Virus record (IMG/VR): IMGVR_UViG_3300037722_000563
Location: 1 to 62,810 of that record
DNA: 62,810 bases
Source: a virus
Taxonomy: Duplodnaviria; Caudoviricetes
Strand: one strand, 5' to 3'
Of this stretch, positions 1 through 8,062 are shown piece after piece. Position 1 is the stretch's first letter; each line of letters opens with the position of its first letter. A program made the translations under genes and the position numbers. A model generated the notes under the pieces. That model did not search any database, was not told the origin of the DNA, and saw nothing but the letters and a program-made list of their open reading frames with translations.

Positions 1-55
1 TGCCCTGCCCTGCCCTGCCCTGCCCTGCCCTGCCCTGCCCTGCCCTGCCCTGCCC
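1..55. repeat. (TGCCC)11 tandem microsatellite at window/contig end
   Basis: 11 perfect TGCCC units followed by GGCCC. Confidence 0.95.
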
Positions 56-59
56 GGCC

Positions 60-800
60 CTAGCCTGTTATTGGTGTCTTATGGTTAATGGTGAAGTCAT
101 GACTGGGGACTACAAAGGCTTAACTGGGAATCGGTTAACTATATGATTAAAACAAATAATTAATATATAAGGTTAATCAATAGGTTAGCAATAGTGCCTG
201 TTTTGAGGCGAAATTAACCATATAAGTGTTTGATTTATATGGCTGAATCGCACTTTTTTATTTTGAGATTAATCATATTTATTAATTAATATTATTATAA
301 TAAATTAATTTCAAGGTTAAAATTGTAATTATGTTGCGTATATCGTGGTTAAATTGTAATTATGTTGCGTTAATTAATGTTAATTAGTTAACTAAGTTTG
401 TTAAGGCTAACCTTGGACCAGCCTGCGTTAACCATATTTATTAATTAATATTAATTAACGTGATTCCTGTTAACCATATTTGTTAAGGTTAATCAATGAG
501 TTAATTCATGCCGGGTGGAACAAAACGTGAACATTAACCTTGGGCCATGGTGCGTTAACCATATTTATTAATTAATATTAATGAATATTAATATATTAAC
601 CATGTTTATTAGGGTTAACGTCCCCCCTCATTAACCAAGTTCGTTAAGGTTAACGGGCGGGGTGGGGTTCCCCCCAGATTCATGGTAGCCTTTAATCCTG
701 GACTATTTTTGACCACGGGGGCACCCCCTACTTAATTATACCTGGATTAAATATTAAACATAAATGCCGCTTTTTCTGGTATTTTTCGCCATTTTTGCAA
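60..800. repeat. AT-rich non-coding region with many GGTTAA/TTAACC motifs and direct repeats (origin- or regulator-binding array)
   Basis: No ORFs in track; TTAACCAT at 214, 428, 470, 555, 596 and reverse at 81; direct repeat GGTTAAA(A)TTGTAATTATGTTGCGT at ~315 and ~347. Confidence 0.7.
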
Positions 801-844
801 TTCGGAGTTTGACCAAGACGGCAGTAACCTAACCATATTTCTAC

Positions 845-873
845 TTGACTTTGATGGCGAAAGGTGATATGTT
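845..873 (+). promoter_or_regulatory. sigma70-type promoter, predicted start close to ATG 880 (possibly leaderless)
   Basis: TTGACT-N17-TATGTT. Confidence 0.6.
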
Positions 874-879
874 GCCGTC

Positions 880-1200
880 ATGATAGATGAAAAAGTGGCA
901 GAATACCTGGAGAAAAGTCCGAATCTGTTAGTGCCGTGGTACCTGATTACGTCTTATGCGTACTACGTGTTGGATGAGATGATCATTTCAGACGGGCTTT
1001 ATGATAGCATTTGCAAGTGGTTACTTGGGGCTCTTCGCGCTGGCAAAGTAGACCACATGCATGCATATTTGTGCAACGAAGAAGCCCTGGCTGCCGGAAC
1101 GGCCTACCACATCGCGGCTTATGAGTATCCATCGCGAGCGGTAGTCGCCGCGCACCAATTCTCCGATATGGCCATGACGGAAAAACTGATACCATGGTGA
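880..1200 (+). CDS. NAD-dependent DNA ligase N-terminal (domain Ia)-like small protein
   Basis: SYAYYVLDEMIISDGLYD resembles the LigA Ia motif YYxxDxPxISDxEYD. Confidence 0.55.
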   Translation: MIDEKVAEYLEKSPNLLVPWYLITSYAYYVLDEMIISDGLYDSICKWLLGALRAGKVDHMHAYLCNEEALAAGTAYHIAAYEYPSRAVVAAHQFSDMAMTEKLIPW

Positions 1201-1204
1201 TAAC

Positions 1205-1660
1205 ATGAGCATTATAAAGCGTATATATGGGCGGGATAGCATGCATTCCACATGTTATCTTACGCGGATCAAGCTGACCCCCAAAACGCGGTGGGGCCAG
1301 CTATACTTCCATATTTTCCATAGAGCCGATAATGACCGCCACCCACATGATCACCCATACGATTTCTGGACGTTTCCATTGACCACATATTACGAAATGG
1401 TGTTCGATCCCATATCAGGTAAATTTTCCTTGAATGAAGTAACCCGCTTCAAGCTGCATTTCAGGCCAGCGGAGTATTCCCACATAATGCTGGGAAATAA
1501 GCAGTTCGGTCGCAATATCGACAGCAGTCCTGGGCTTACCCTGGTCTGGCACAAGCCAGTGCGGCGAGACTGGGGTTTTTGGACTGTGTATGCAGCCGAC
1601 ATATATGGTAGATGGAAAGATTTCAAGTGGGTTCCGTGGGACAAGTACCTTTATTCATGA
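1205..1660 (+). CDS. Cupin-like phage protein
   Basis: HIFHRADNDRHPHDHPYDF His-rich motif and WGFW. Confidence 0.5.
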   Translation: MSIIKRIYGRDSMHSTCYLTRIKLTPKTRWGQLYFHIFHRADNDRHPHDHPYDFWTFPLTTYYEMVFDPISGKFSLNEVTRFKLHFRPAEYSHIMLGNKQFGRNIDSSPGLTLVWHKPVRRDWGFWTVYAADIYGRWKDFKWVPWDKYLYS

Positions 1661-1670
1661 GGATTATGCT

Positions 1671-1919
1671 ATGAAATTTACATTTGAAATTGAGCCATAT
1701 CCCGGCGAGGCTGCATTATTTGTGGCCGGAGTTACTTTAGAATATAAGCAGCCATCCAAAAAGGGATATTGGGGTTTGCATATAACGTGGTGGTTGCTTA
1801 AAAATTGGCGTGATTGGTTGTGGAGTCGCCAGTGGGACGCTGGTTATGAAGACGGCTGGTCCCTCTATGCTACGCGGCTGCTCGGTTTCGAGGTAAGTTG
1901 GGAGAGAAGACGGGTATGA
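1671..1919 (+). CDS. Hypothetical protein
   Basis: GAGGA RBS before ATG 1671; in operon. Confidence 0.5.
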   Translation: MKFTFEIEPYPGEAALFVAGVTLEYKQPSKKGYWGLHITWWLLKNWRDWLWSRQWDAGYEDGWSLYATRLLGFEVSWERRRV

Positions 1920-2221
1920 TAGAAGGTTGGGTCAGGGACGGCACCATAGTAAGTTCGAGTGGCACCGAGATAGACATCCGTTGCGATGAAGACGGTGAGA
2001 CCTGGATTACCGTAAAAAGCAACGATATTAAAGCTGAAAGAATAGCCGCTTTGGTGCTGGCAGCCCCTAAGATGCTTAAAGCTCTTGAAGAGTTACTACG
2101 GGAGGGTCAGGTGCCCGCACCAGGACCGCATTGGCGCTGGCACGATGAGCATTATGCCGCGTTCAGTACAGCACGAGCCTTGGTTCTGGATATGAGTTTG
2201 GAATTGGGCAGAAGGCCATGA
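1916..2221 (+). CDS. Hypothetical protein
   Basis: ATGA overlap with upstream gene; AAPKMLKALE motif common in phage proteins. Confidence 0.55.
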   Translation: MIEGWVRDGTIVSSSGTEIDIRCDEDGETWITVKSNDIKAERIAALVLAAPKMLKALEELLREGQVPAPGPHWRWHDEHYAAFSTARALVLDMSLELGRRP

Positions 2222-2580
2222 GTACGGAGAATAAGAGGGGAGTACCCTGGATTGGGGTAGATTTGGATGGAACCCTGGCGCACTATGACGGGTGGAATGA
2301 TAAAACACATATCGGTCTGCCCATTCAGATCATGGTTGATCGTGTGCAGAGATGGATTTTCATGGGGTATGACGTTCGTATATTCACCGCACGTGTAAGT
2401 GAACCGGATGCGGCGGTACGGGAGGCAATTCAAGATTGGTGTTATAAATATATCGGTGTACGTTTACCAGTTACTAATGTGAAAGATTTCGATATGTTGG
2501 AACTTTGGGATGACCGGGCTGTGCAGGTGACTAAAAATACAGGAATTCCTGTTGGTGAGTCCACAAGAGGGTTGTCATGA
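2218..2580 (+). CDS. HAD-family phosphatase (PNK 3'-phosphatase-like)
   Basis: GVDLDGTLA, FTAR and WDDRA motifs. Confidence 0.8.
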   Translation: MSTENKRGVPWIGVDLDGTLAHYDGWNDKTHIGLPIQIMVDRVQRWIFMGYDVRIFTARVSEPDAAVREAIQDWCYKYIGVRLPVTNVKDFDMLELWDDRAVQVTKNTGIPVGESTRGLS

Positions 2581-2696
2581 TGTCTAGTGCAATTGTTGTT
2601 ACAATGTTGAATTTTCTCAGTATGTTCCTACTCGGACTTTGGTTTATAGCCATGGTGATTCTTATCTTTTTGATATGGAGAGAACGTCGTGGGTGA
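2577..2696 (+). CDS. Small single-pass membrane peptide (39 aa, below track cut-off)
   Basis: MMSSAIVVTMLNFLSMFLLGLWFIAMVILIFLIWRERRG; ATGA overlap. Confidence 0.5.
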   Translation: MMSSAIVVTMLNFLSMFLLGLWFIAMVILIFLIWRERRG

Positions 2697-2862
2697 TATT
2701 TCCTCTGCTTTCATAGAATACAGCAGTGGTTTTATCACATTCCCGTCAATACGAGCCTTTGTCATGGCACGATGAGGTTGAATGGCTCATGAGCGTTCAT
2801 GGGCTTTCCAGAAGGGAAGCCGAGGAAATCGCTAACATCGGACTATCGCGTAAGTAAAGAAA

Positions 2863-3162
2863 ATGATTTTGCTTCCTGGTCGTATCATAGACAAGATAGC
2901 TTTTTGCCCAATAACCGGTTGTTGGTTTTGGTTGGGATGGGATAGTGGAAACGGTTATGGAAAGGTCTGGTGGGAAGGCCGTGGGGAGATGGCGCATCGG
3001 ATCGTATATAGATTGCTGGTGGGATACATACCGGAGGGCCATGTATTGGACCATCTATGCCGTATGCGCCTTTGCTGCAACCCCCATCATTTGGAGCCGG
3101 TCACCGTGGCTGAGAATACTCAGCGTGGCACAGCCGTCTTGTTCCCTAAGGCTCTGAATTGA
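2863..3162 (+). CDS. HNH endonuclease (HNH_3-type)
   Basis: CWFWLG...AHR...LDHLCRMRLCCNPHHLEPVTVAEN. Confidence 0.85.
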   Translation: MILLPGRIIDKIAFCPITGCWFWLGWDSGNGYGKVWWEGRGEMAHRIVYRLLVGYIPEGHVLDHLCRMRLCCNPHHLEPVTVAENTQRGTAVLFPKALN

Positions 3163-3211
3163 CTCGGTAGAGAGTGTAGAGTATTCTTACAAAGTCATCG
3201 TCAACTCCTCT

Positions 3212-3255
3212 TGGCCGAGTTTCTGTGTGATGCAGAAACCGGCCTTTTTATTTTT
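3212..3255 (+). terminator. Intrinsic terminator between convergent genes
   Basis: GGCCG..TTTCTG/CAGAAA..CGGCC stem followed by a T-tract. Confidence 0.65.
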
Positions 3256-3449
3256 CAGGTCTTAACAGGGCATGCGTTCTGGGCTGGACAAATACCACAG
3301 CCAGTCTTATGGACCACTTCTTTGCCTTTTATAAGTCCATACCCTAGTGCTTCACGAGCATCTATGGCATCTTCGTGAGTGGGATAATATTTATTTTCAA
3401 AGACTTCGCCAGATAGATAGTCTTCAACCCACCATATAAAATCAGGCAT
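3255..3449 (-). CDS. Hypothetical protein
   Basis: ATG 3449 overlaps the stop of the upstream minus-strand ORF. Confidence 0.5.
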   Translation of the reverse strand: MPDFIWWVEDYLSGEVFENKYYPTHEDAIDAREALGYGLIKGKEVVHKTGCGICPAQNACPVKT

Positions 3450-3705
3450 CTCGTTTCCTATATTCTGACTTCCAAAAGGTGTGATTTTCTGCTTTCTTGA
3501 CCAGAGCGGTATATGCTTGGTCACGACGGTTTTCCGTTTCATACCGAGTGTAGGTAGACCAGTTGGTCCACCGAAAAAACATCTCCGGGTTACGAATGCT
3601 CAGACGATACTCAATTATAAATGGACGACGGCGCTTACCCTTGGGTTTGAGCCTTCGTCCATTGTCTGTTTGATCGTCATAAGCGTTATTTGGGATATAA
3701 GTCAT
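3442..3705 (-). CDS. Hypothetical basic protein
   Basis: ORF with AGGA RBS downstream of the tRNA cluster. Confidence 0.55.
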   Translation of the reverse strand: MTYIPNNAYDDQTDNGRRLKPKGKRRRPFIIEYRLSIRNPEMFFRWTNWSTYTRYETENRRDQAYTALVKKAENHTFWKSEYRKRDA

Positions 3706-3787
3706 GATTCCTATGTCCGTGGGGGCCTGCTTGCTCTCCTGTTAGGAGCTTTTCTAAGGGCAGGACCAACTCCCCCACGGCACATCT

Positions 3788-3862
3788 TGGAGCGGACGAC
3801 GAGGATCGAACTCGCGCGCATGGGGTGGAAGCCCATTGCTCTACCTACTGAGCTACATCCGC
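3788..3862 (-). tRNA. tRNA-Gly(UCC)
   Basis: Cloverleaf GCGGATG...ATGGG CT TCC AC CCCAT...TTCGAT...CCA. Confidence 0.9.
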
Positions 3863-3970
3863 GTAATGAATTGTGGTTGGTTTTATTAGGAGACCCGGAT
3901 TATCAGCAATGCCGAGGTCCTCACCTATCCAACGGAAGGGAATCCGCCCGAAGGCCACAAACCTAAAAAT

Positions 3971-4045
3971 TGGAGCGGCTAGAGGGGATTGAACCCTCGA
4001 CCTTCTGCTTGGCAAGCAGACGCTCTCCCGCTGAGCTACAGCCGC
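3971..4045 (-). tRNA. tRNA-Gly(GCC)
   Basis: TCTGC TT GCC AA GCAGA anticodon arm; encoded CCA. Confidence 0.92.
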
Positions 4046-4103
4046 AATTGCAATCCTTGGGATCAGGTGGGCGCTAAATCGTAGCCTGATGCGATAAGGC
4101 CCC

Positions 4104-4139
4104 CTCCATTTATTAATTAATATTAATTAATAAATGGAG
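4104..4139. repeat. Perfect 36-bp palindrome
   Basis: CTCCATTTATTAATTAAT|ATTAATTAATAAATGGAG. Confidence 0.95.
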
Positions 4140-4159
4140 CCCAAAGACTGATATAATAA

Positions 4160-4234
4160 TGGAGAACCAGGAGGGAATCGAACCCCCGTAACCCGCTTTG
4201 CAGGCGGGAACATAAGCCACTCTGCCACTGGTTC
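4160..4234 (-). tRNA. tRNA-Cys(GCA)
   Basis: CCCGC CT GCA AA GCGGG; U73 discriminator; CCA. Confidence 0.9.
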
Positions 4235-4240
4235 ATTTTC

Positions 4241-4283
4241 ACTATATCAGGGCTTGACAAATAAGTCAAGTAGTATATTATAG
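4241..4283. promoter_or_regulatory. Overlapping divergent sigma70 promoters
   Basis: Minus: TTGACT(4269-64)-N17-TATAGT(4246-41); plus: TTGACA 4254-59; the two -35 boxes form the inverted repeat CTTGAC-N6-GTCAAG. Confidence 0.65.
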
Positions 4284-4367
4284 TTAATGATTGATGACTA
4301 AACTTGGGTTTTCACGTGAGGTGGAGACCCCATTGGACGAAGCGATTTCGGGCCTGAAGGAGATATC

Positions 4368-4658
4368 ATGGTAAAGAATACGAATAAAGTTTCACAAAAG
4401 CAGTGGCAAAAGTGGAACGCACAACAGCAAGCACTATTCAATGGTGTTTACAAAGACATAATGCAGATCGGTTTCGATCTATTCTTACATCCCGTAACAG
4501 TTCAACGCAAACTCTCCGACAAGGAGTTTAGAACTATTGCATGGAATGCGGCTTTTACCGCAGCTACTATGCTGAAGAACTCGTTCACGGATGAAATCCA
4601 TACTCTTTATAAGGGCGAAGTAATCGCTGTAGATCGCATCCCACGCCGTGCAGCGTAA
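4368..4658 (+). CDS. Hypothetical protein
   Basis: AAGGAG RBS; AWNAA motif. Confidence 0.65.
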   Translation: MVKNTNKVSQKQWQKWNAQQQALFNGVYKDIMQIGFDLFLHPVTVQRKLSDKEFRTIAWNAAFTAATMLKNSFTDEIHTLYKGEVIAVDRIPRRAA

Positions 4659-4978
4659 TGGGAGATTTGGTAACTGCGGATATAGTGGATATCCGTCCAG
4701 ACCGATTCCTCCGAGTAATGCGGGATACCGGTGATTGGTATGAGTCATGCAAACAATCTGGCATGACTTCAGAGGAAGTTAGCATGTTGTGTCAAGATAA
4801 CCCTAAGTATGATCTGGCGACTATCGAATGCCAACTTGAATACCATGAGGAGCAAATGATTAAAGTAACTGAACAAGCTATAGAAAGGCTTAGGGTAGAA
4901 CGCACTGAACGGTTTAATGCACTTCGTCAGCAAGCTATGCATGATTTTCATGCAAGGCATAAGGATATAGGATCATGA
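4658..4978 (+). CDS. HTH protein, TerS-like N-terminal fold
   Basis: FLRVMRDTGDWYESCKQSGM..DNPKY pattern resembles the N-terminus of 11942-12469. Confidence 0.45.
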   Translation: MGDLVTADIVDIRPDRFLRVMRDTGDWYESCKQSGMTSEEVSMLCQDNPKYDLATIECQLEYHEEQMIKVTEQAIERLRVERTERFNALRQQAMHDFHARHKDIGS

Positions 4979-5292
4979 TGGGTTTTCCACAGACGCAGAT
5001 GGATTCTCGTCATGCCCATTCGAAAGATCAAGCTTGGCGTAGTTATGCAACTGTCTGTTCACGTCCTACTCTGGAAGAAATTCAGGAGTTTAATCGTGAA
5101 GCAAATAGGCGGGCTTTGTACGCAATTCAGCGTCGGAAGAAGCAGCGTGCATATTCTGATCGTGTACATCTCAAGATGTTATTCACGGTGAGAGGATTTA
5201 CCTTGGCTATTCAATACTTCTTGTGGCGTTGGGAAAATCGTCGGTGGAAACATCCTGATCTTCAACAGGTTTGCAGCAAAGACAGCAAATAG
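4975..5292 (+). CDS. Hypothetical protein
   Basis: Coupled ORF before terminase. Confidence 0.5.
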   Translation: MMGFPQTQMDSRHAHSKDQAWRSYATVCSRPTLEEIQEFNREANRRALYAIQRRKKQRAYSDRVHLKMLFTVRGFTLAIQYFLWRWENRRWKHPDLQQVCSKDSK

Positions 5293-5313
5293 TATTCTTA
5301 AGGAAAGTTAAGT

Positions 5314-7902
5314 ATGGCCAAGGCCGAAACCATTATAGATAAGAAAATTGTTGCTGAAGATGCTATAGGCAATGAAATGGCATGGCTGTTGATAAGAGAT
5401 GACGATACTATGGATTCTGCCTGGAAGGCACGTGTAACATACGCCAACGGGAAAAGAGAGTGGCCGGTTTGGATGCCGCTACCCGGTAGTCAATATACTT
5501 TCTTGGAATGCCCAATTTTTGAAGCTATGTATGAGGGCACTCGTGGGCCTGGGAAACGCGTAGGAAATCAAGAACTTATCCTCACAAACTCTGGCTGGAA
5601 GCAAGTCGGCGATGTGACGATGCGAGACAGGCTTGTGGCGCCTGATGGCACCTACACAAAGATCAAGGGTATCTATCCGCACGAATCGGGTACAATGTAT
5701 TGCATGACATTTGACGATGGTGCATCTATTGAGTGCGACGGGGACCACCTTTGGACTGTCCGCAGTGCCAAGAATTCAGCCCGTGACGGCTGGTTGGTCC
5801 GGGACACCAATCAGCTTATCGAATTGCTCAAGCAGTCTGAAGGCAAGAACCGGAGTGAGAAGAATTCCTGGTATATTCCGACGATGAGTGCCCCTGCTCC
5901 TGGAAATGATTGGACTGGTTTTGATCCATATGCTATTGGTCTCTTGCTCGGTGATGGAACGACAGGTGGTAAGCTCATGACCCTGTACACCTGTGATGAC
6001 TGGATCAGGGACTATATGGTCGAAAAGCACGATTGGTTGGCCTACGACTATCGCCCAAAGCAGAATGCTATGATGGTTCAGTCTCGCTGTGGTGTTTCCG
6101 ATGAATGGAAGGATGCTGTAGGGAGGCACAAGGGCGCAGACAAGAGGATTCCGACCGGTCTTCTTGAAGCCGATCCTGCCGCACGGTTGGCTTGTCTTCA
6201 GGGTTTGATGGACTCTGATGGGTCTATCGACAAAGAAGGGCGTTGCTCTCTCACTTCGATCTCCAGGCATCTGGCGGAGGGAGTTCAGTATATCGTCCGT
6301 TCGCTTGGGGGTAAGAGCACGGTATCCTGGGATGACCGGGAGCCCACTGAAAAGGGTGGGCAGGCTGGACGCTGGCGGGTTCGCATTATGCACTGCAACA
6401 AGTTCAATCCTTTCAGGCTGCCTCGTAAGGCAGAACGTGTTAAGCTCATGAAGGGTGTGGACCGTCGCATCGTATCCATCAATCCTGTGGAAGACGGACC
6501 CGCAACTTGTTTTGAAGTGGAACATCCATCTCGTTTGTTCGTCTGCCAGGACTTCATCGTAACGCACAACACATTGACTCTAATTATGGATTTTGCTAAG
6601 GACGTGGGTAAAGGCTACGGGAAAGCATGGCGTGGTATAATGTTTCGACAAAAGCTAGGAGACCTTGACGACGTTATCCGTAAAATTGAAGAGTGGATGC
6701 CAAAATTATATCCCGGTTTTCGATTTCGAAAGTCAAAAGCCGATTATTCCGCTGTCTGGCCAACCGGTGAGGAACTATTGTTGCGCCACATGGAGGACGA
6801 GCGGGTTTACGGCGAGTACCATGGGCATGAATATCCGTGGATTGGCTGGGAGGAGTTGACCCAATGGGCGACAGACAGTGCATACAAACTAATGATGTCA
6901 TGCTGTCGTCCTCCAGCCCCTGGTATTCCATGCCGTATTAGAGCAACAACAAACCCTTTTGGCCCAGGACATAATTGGGTAAAACGTAGGTTCCAGTTAC
7001 CGCAGATGCGTGGTAAGGTTATCCGAAAAGCGGGTGAACTACCCCGAGTGGCTATCCACGGTACTTTATCTGAGAATTTCATATTATTGCATGATATACC
7101 GAATTACCCATTGCAAGTACGGGAGGCCGCTACAAGCCCGGCGCAGGCCCTAGCATGGCTTGAGGGACGATGGGATATTACGGCTGGCGGCATGATAGAT
7201 GATCTATGGGATTTGTTATATCATATGTTACCGTCTATTCCAGTGGATAAAATACCCTCGGGTTGGGTTATGACGCGTGCGTATGACCACGGGCAAAGTA
7301 GTCCTTTTTCAGTGGGTTGGTTCTTGGAAAGTAATGGAGAACCTATTGTAATAGAAGGCCGCTTGATAGGAAACGTTAGAGGTGATATAATACTGTGGCA
7401 AGAGTGGTACGGAACTACGGGTGAAGTGAATAGTGGTGTTCGCCTTCCTGCTCGAAAGATAGCCGCAGGTATATATGACCGAGAGGTTGAATGGGGCTTG
7501 CGAAATCCGGTACATGGGCGTTCTAGAGTATATCCTGGTCCCGCAGATACGGAAATCTTCAATAAGATATCCGATAGAGACGGGCGGTGTCCTGCGGATG
7601 ACATGGAAGATGAAGGTGTCGATTGGGAAAGAGCCGACAAATCTTCCGGTTCTAGAAAGCGTGGATGGGAGATGCTGCGGACTAAATTGTCCAATGCCAT
7701 TCCGAATCCGGATGGAACCCGTGAAGAGCCTGGATTTTTTGTAACAAAAGATTGTTTTTGGTGGCTAGAATTGTGTCCACCTATGCCACGGGATGATAAA
7801 GATATGGATGAGGTTCCATCAAATTACGAAGATCACGCGGCTGATATGACGAGGTATAGGCTCAATTGGGAGCTACCCGGTATGACTCGGCGGTCCTTCT
7901 GA
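5314..7902 (+). CDS. terL: Terminase large subunit with intein
   Basis: Walker A GTRGPGK|T, Walker B IGWEELTQW, ATTNP coupling motif, nuclease AYDHG...EDHAADMTRY. Confidence 0.92.
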   Translation: MAKAETIIDKKIVAEDAIGNEMAWLLIRDDDTMDSAWKARVTYANGKREWPVWMPLPGSQYTFLECPIFEAMYEGTRGPGKRVGNQELILTNSGWKQVGDVTMRDRLVAPDGTYTKIKGIYPHESGTMYCMTFDDGASIECDGDHLWTVRSAKNSARDGWLVRDTNQLIELLKQSEGKNRSEKNSWYIPTMSAPAPGNDWTGFDPYAIGLLLGDGTTGGKLMTLYTCDDWIRDYMVEKHDWLAYDYRPKQNAMMVQSRCGVSDEWKDAVGRHKGADKRIPTGLLEADPAARLACLQGLMDSDGSIDKEGRCSLTSISRHLAEGVQYIVRSLGGKSTVSWDDREPTEKGGQAGRWRVRIMHCNKFNPFRLPRKAERVKLMKGVDRRIVSINPVEDGPATCFEVEHPSRLFVCQDFIVTHNTLTLIMDFAKDVGKGYGKAWRGIMFRQKLGDLDDVIRKIEEWMPKLYPGFRFRKSKADYSAVWPTGEELLLRHMEDERVYGEYHGHEYPWIGWEELTQWATDSAYKLMMSCCRPPAPGIPCRIRATTNPFGPGHNWVKRRFQLPQMRGKVIRKAGELPRVAIHGTLSENFILLHDIPNYPLQVREAATSPAQALAWLEGRWDITAGGMIDDLWDLLYHMLPSIPVDKIPSGWVMTRAYDHGQSSPFSVGWFLESNGEPIVIEGRLIGNVRGDIILWQEWYGTTGEVNSGVRLPARKIAAGIYDREVEWGLRNPVHGRSRVYPGPADTEIFNKISDRDGRCPADDMEDEGVDWERADKSSGSRKRGWEMLRTKLSNAIPNPDGTREEPGFFVTKDCFWWLELCPPMPRDDKDMDEVPSNYEDHAADMTRYRLNWELPGMTRRSF
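5557..6570 (+). mobile_element. Class 3 intein with LAGLIDADG homing endonuclease (338 aa) in TerL Walker A
   Basis: Block B CDGDHLW, block F ATCFEV, block G IVTHN|T; LLLGDG and LQGLMDSDG motifs. Confidence 0.88.
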
Positions 7903-8062
7903 TGATTTGTGGGCTTTATATGCTTAGGTTTCCTGATGGTTCTGAATATATTGGAATCAGGTATGATACGTTGACGCTGGCAGCGAAAGCGCATGATACT
8001 AGTGTAGGATGTGTTCCTAATCGCGCGCTTAGCCGTCATTGGCCGAATTGGAGTTTTTAGCG

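Noticed and set aside
1-800. CRISPR array
   Set aside because: No constant repeat with unique spacers; only a microsatellite and degenerate AT-rich motifs.
3481-3966. 161-aa plus-strand ORF
   Set aside because: Antisense to a tRNA, structured RNAs and a minus-strand gene.
4104-4139. Protelomerase telRL site
   Set aside because: Perfect palindrome, but no protelomerase gene is visible in the window and it lies inside a tRNA transcript.
5776-6567. Long antisense ORFs (also 24873-25574, 28235-29086, 21633-22217)
   Set aside because: Opposite well-supported genes; no motifs or RBS.
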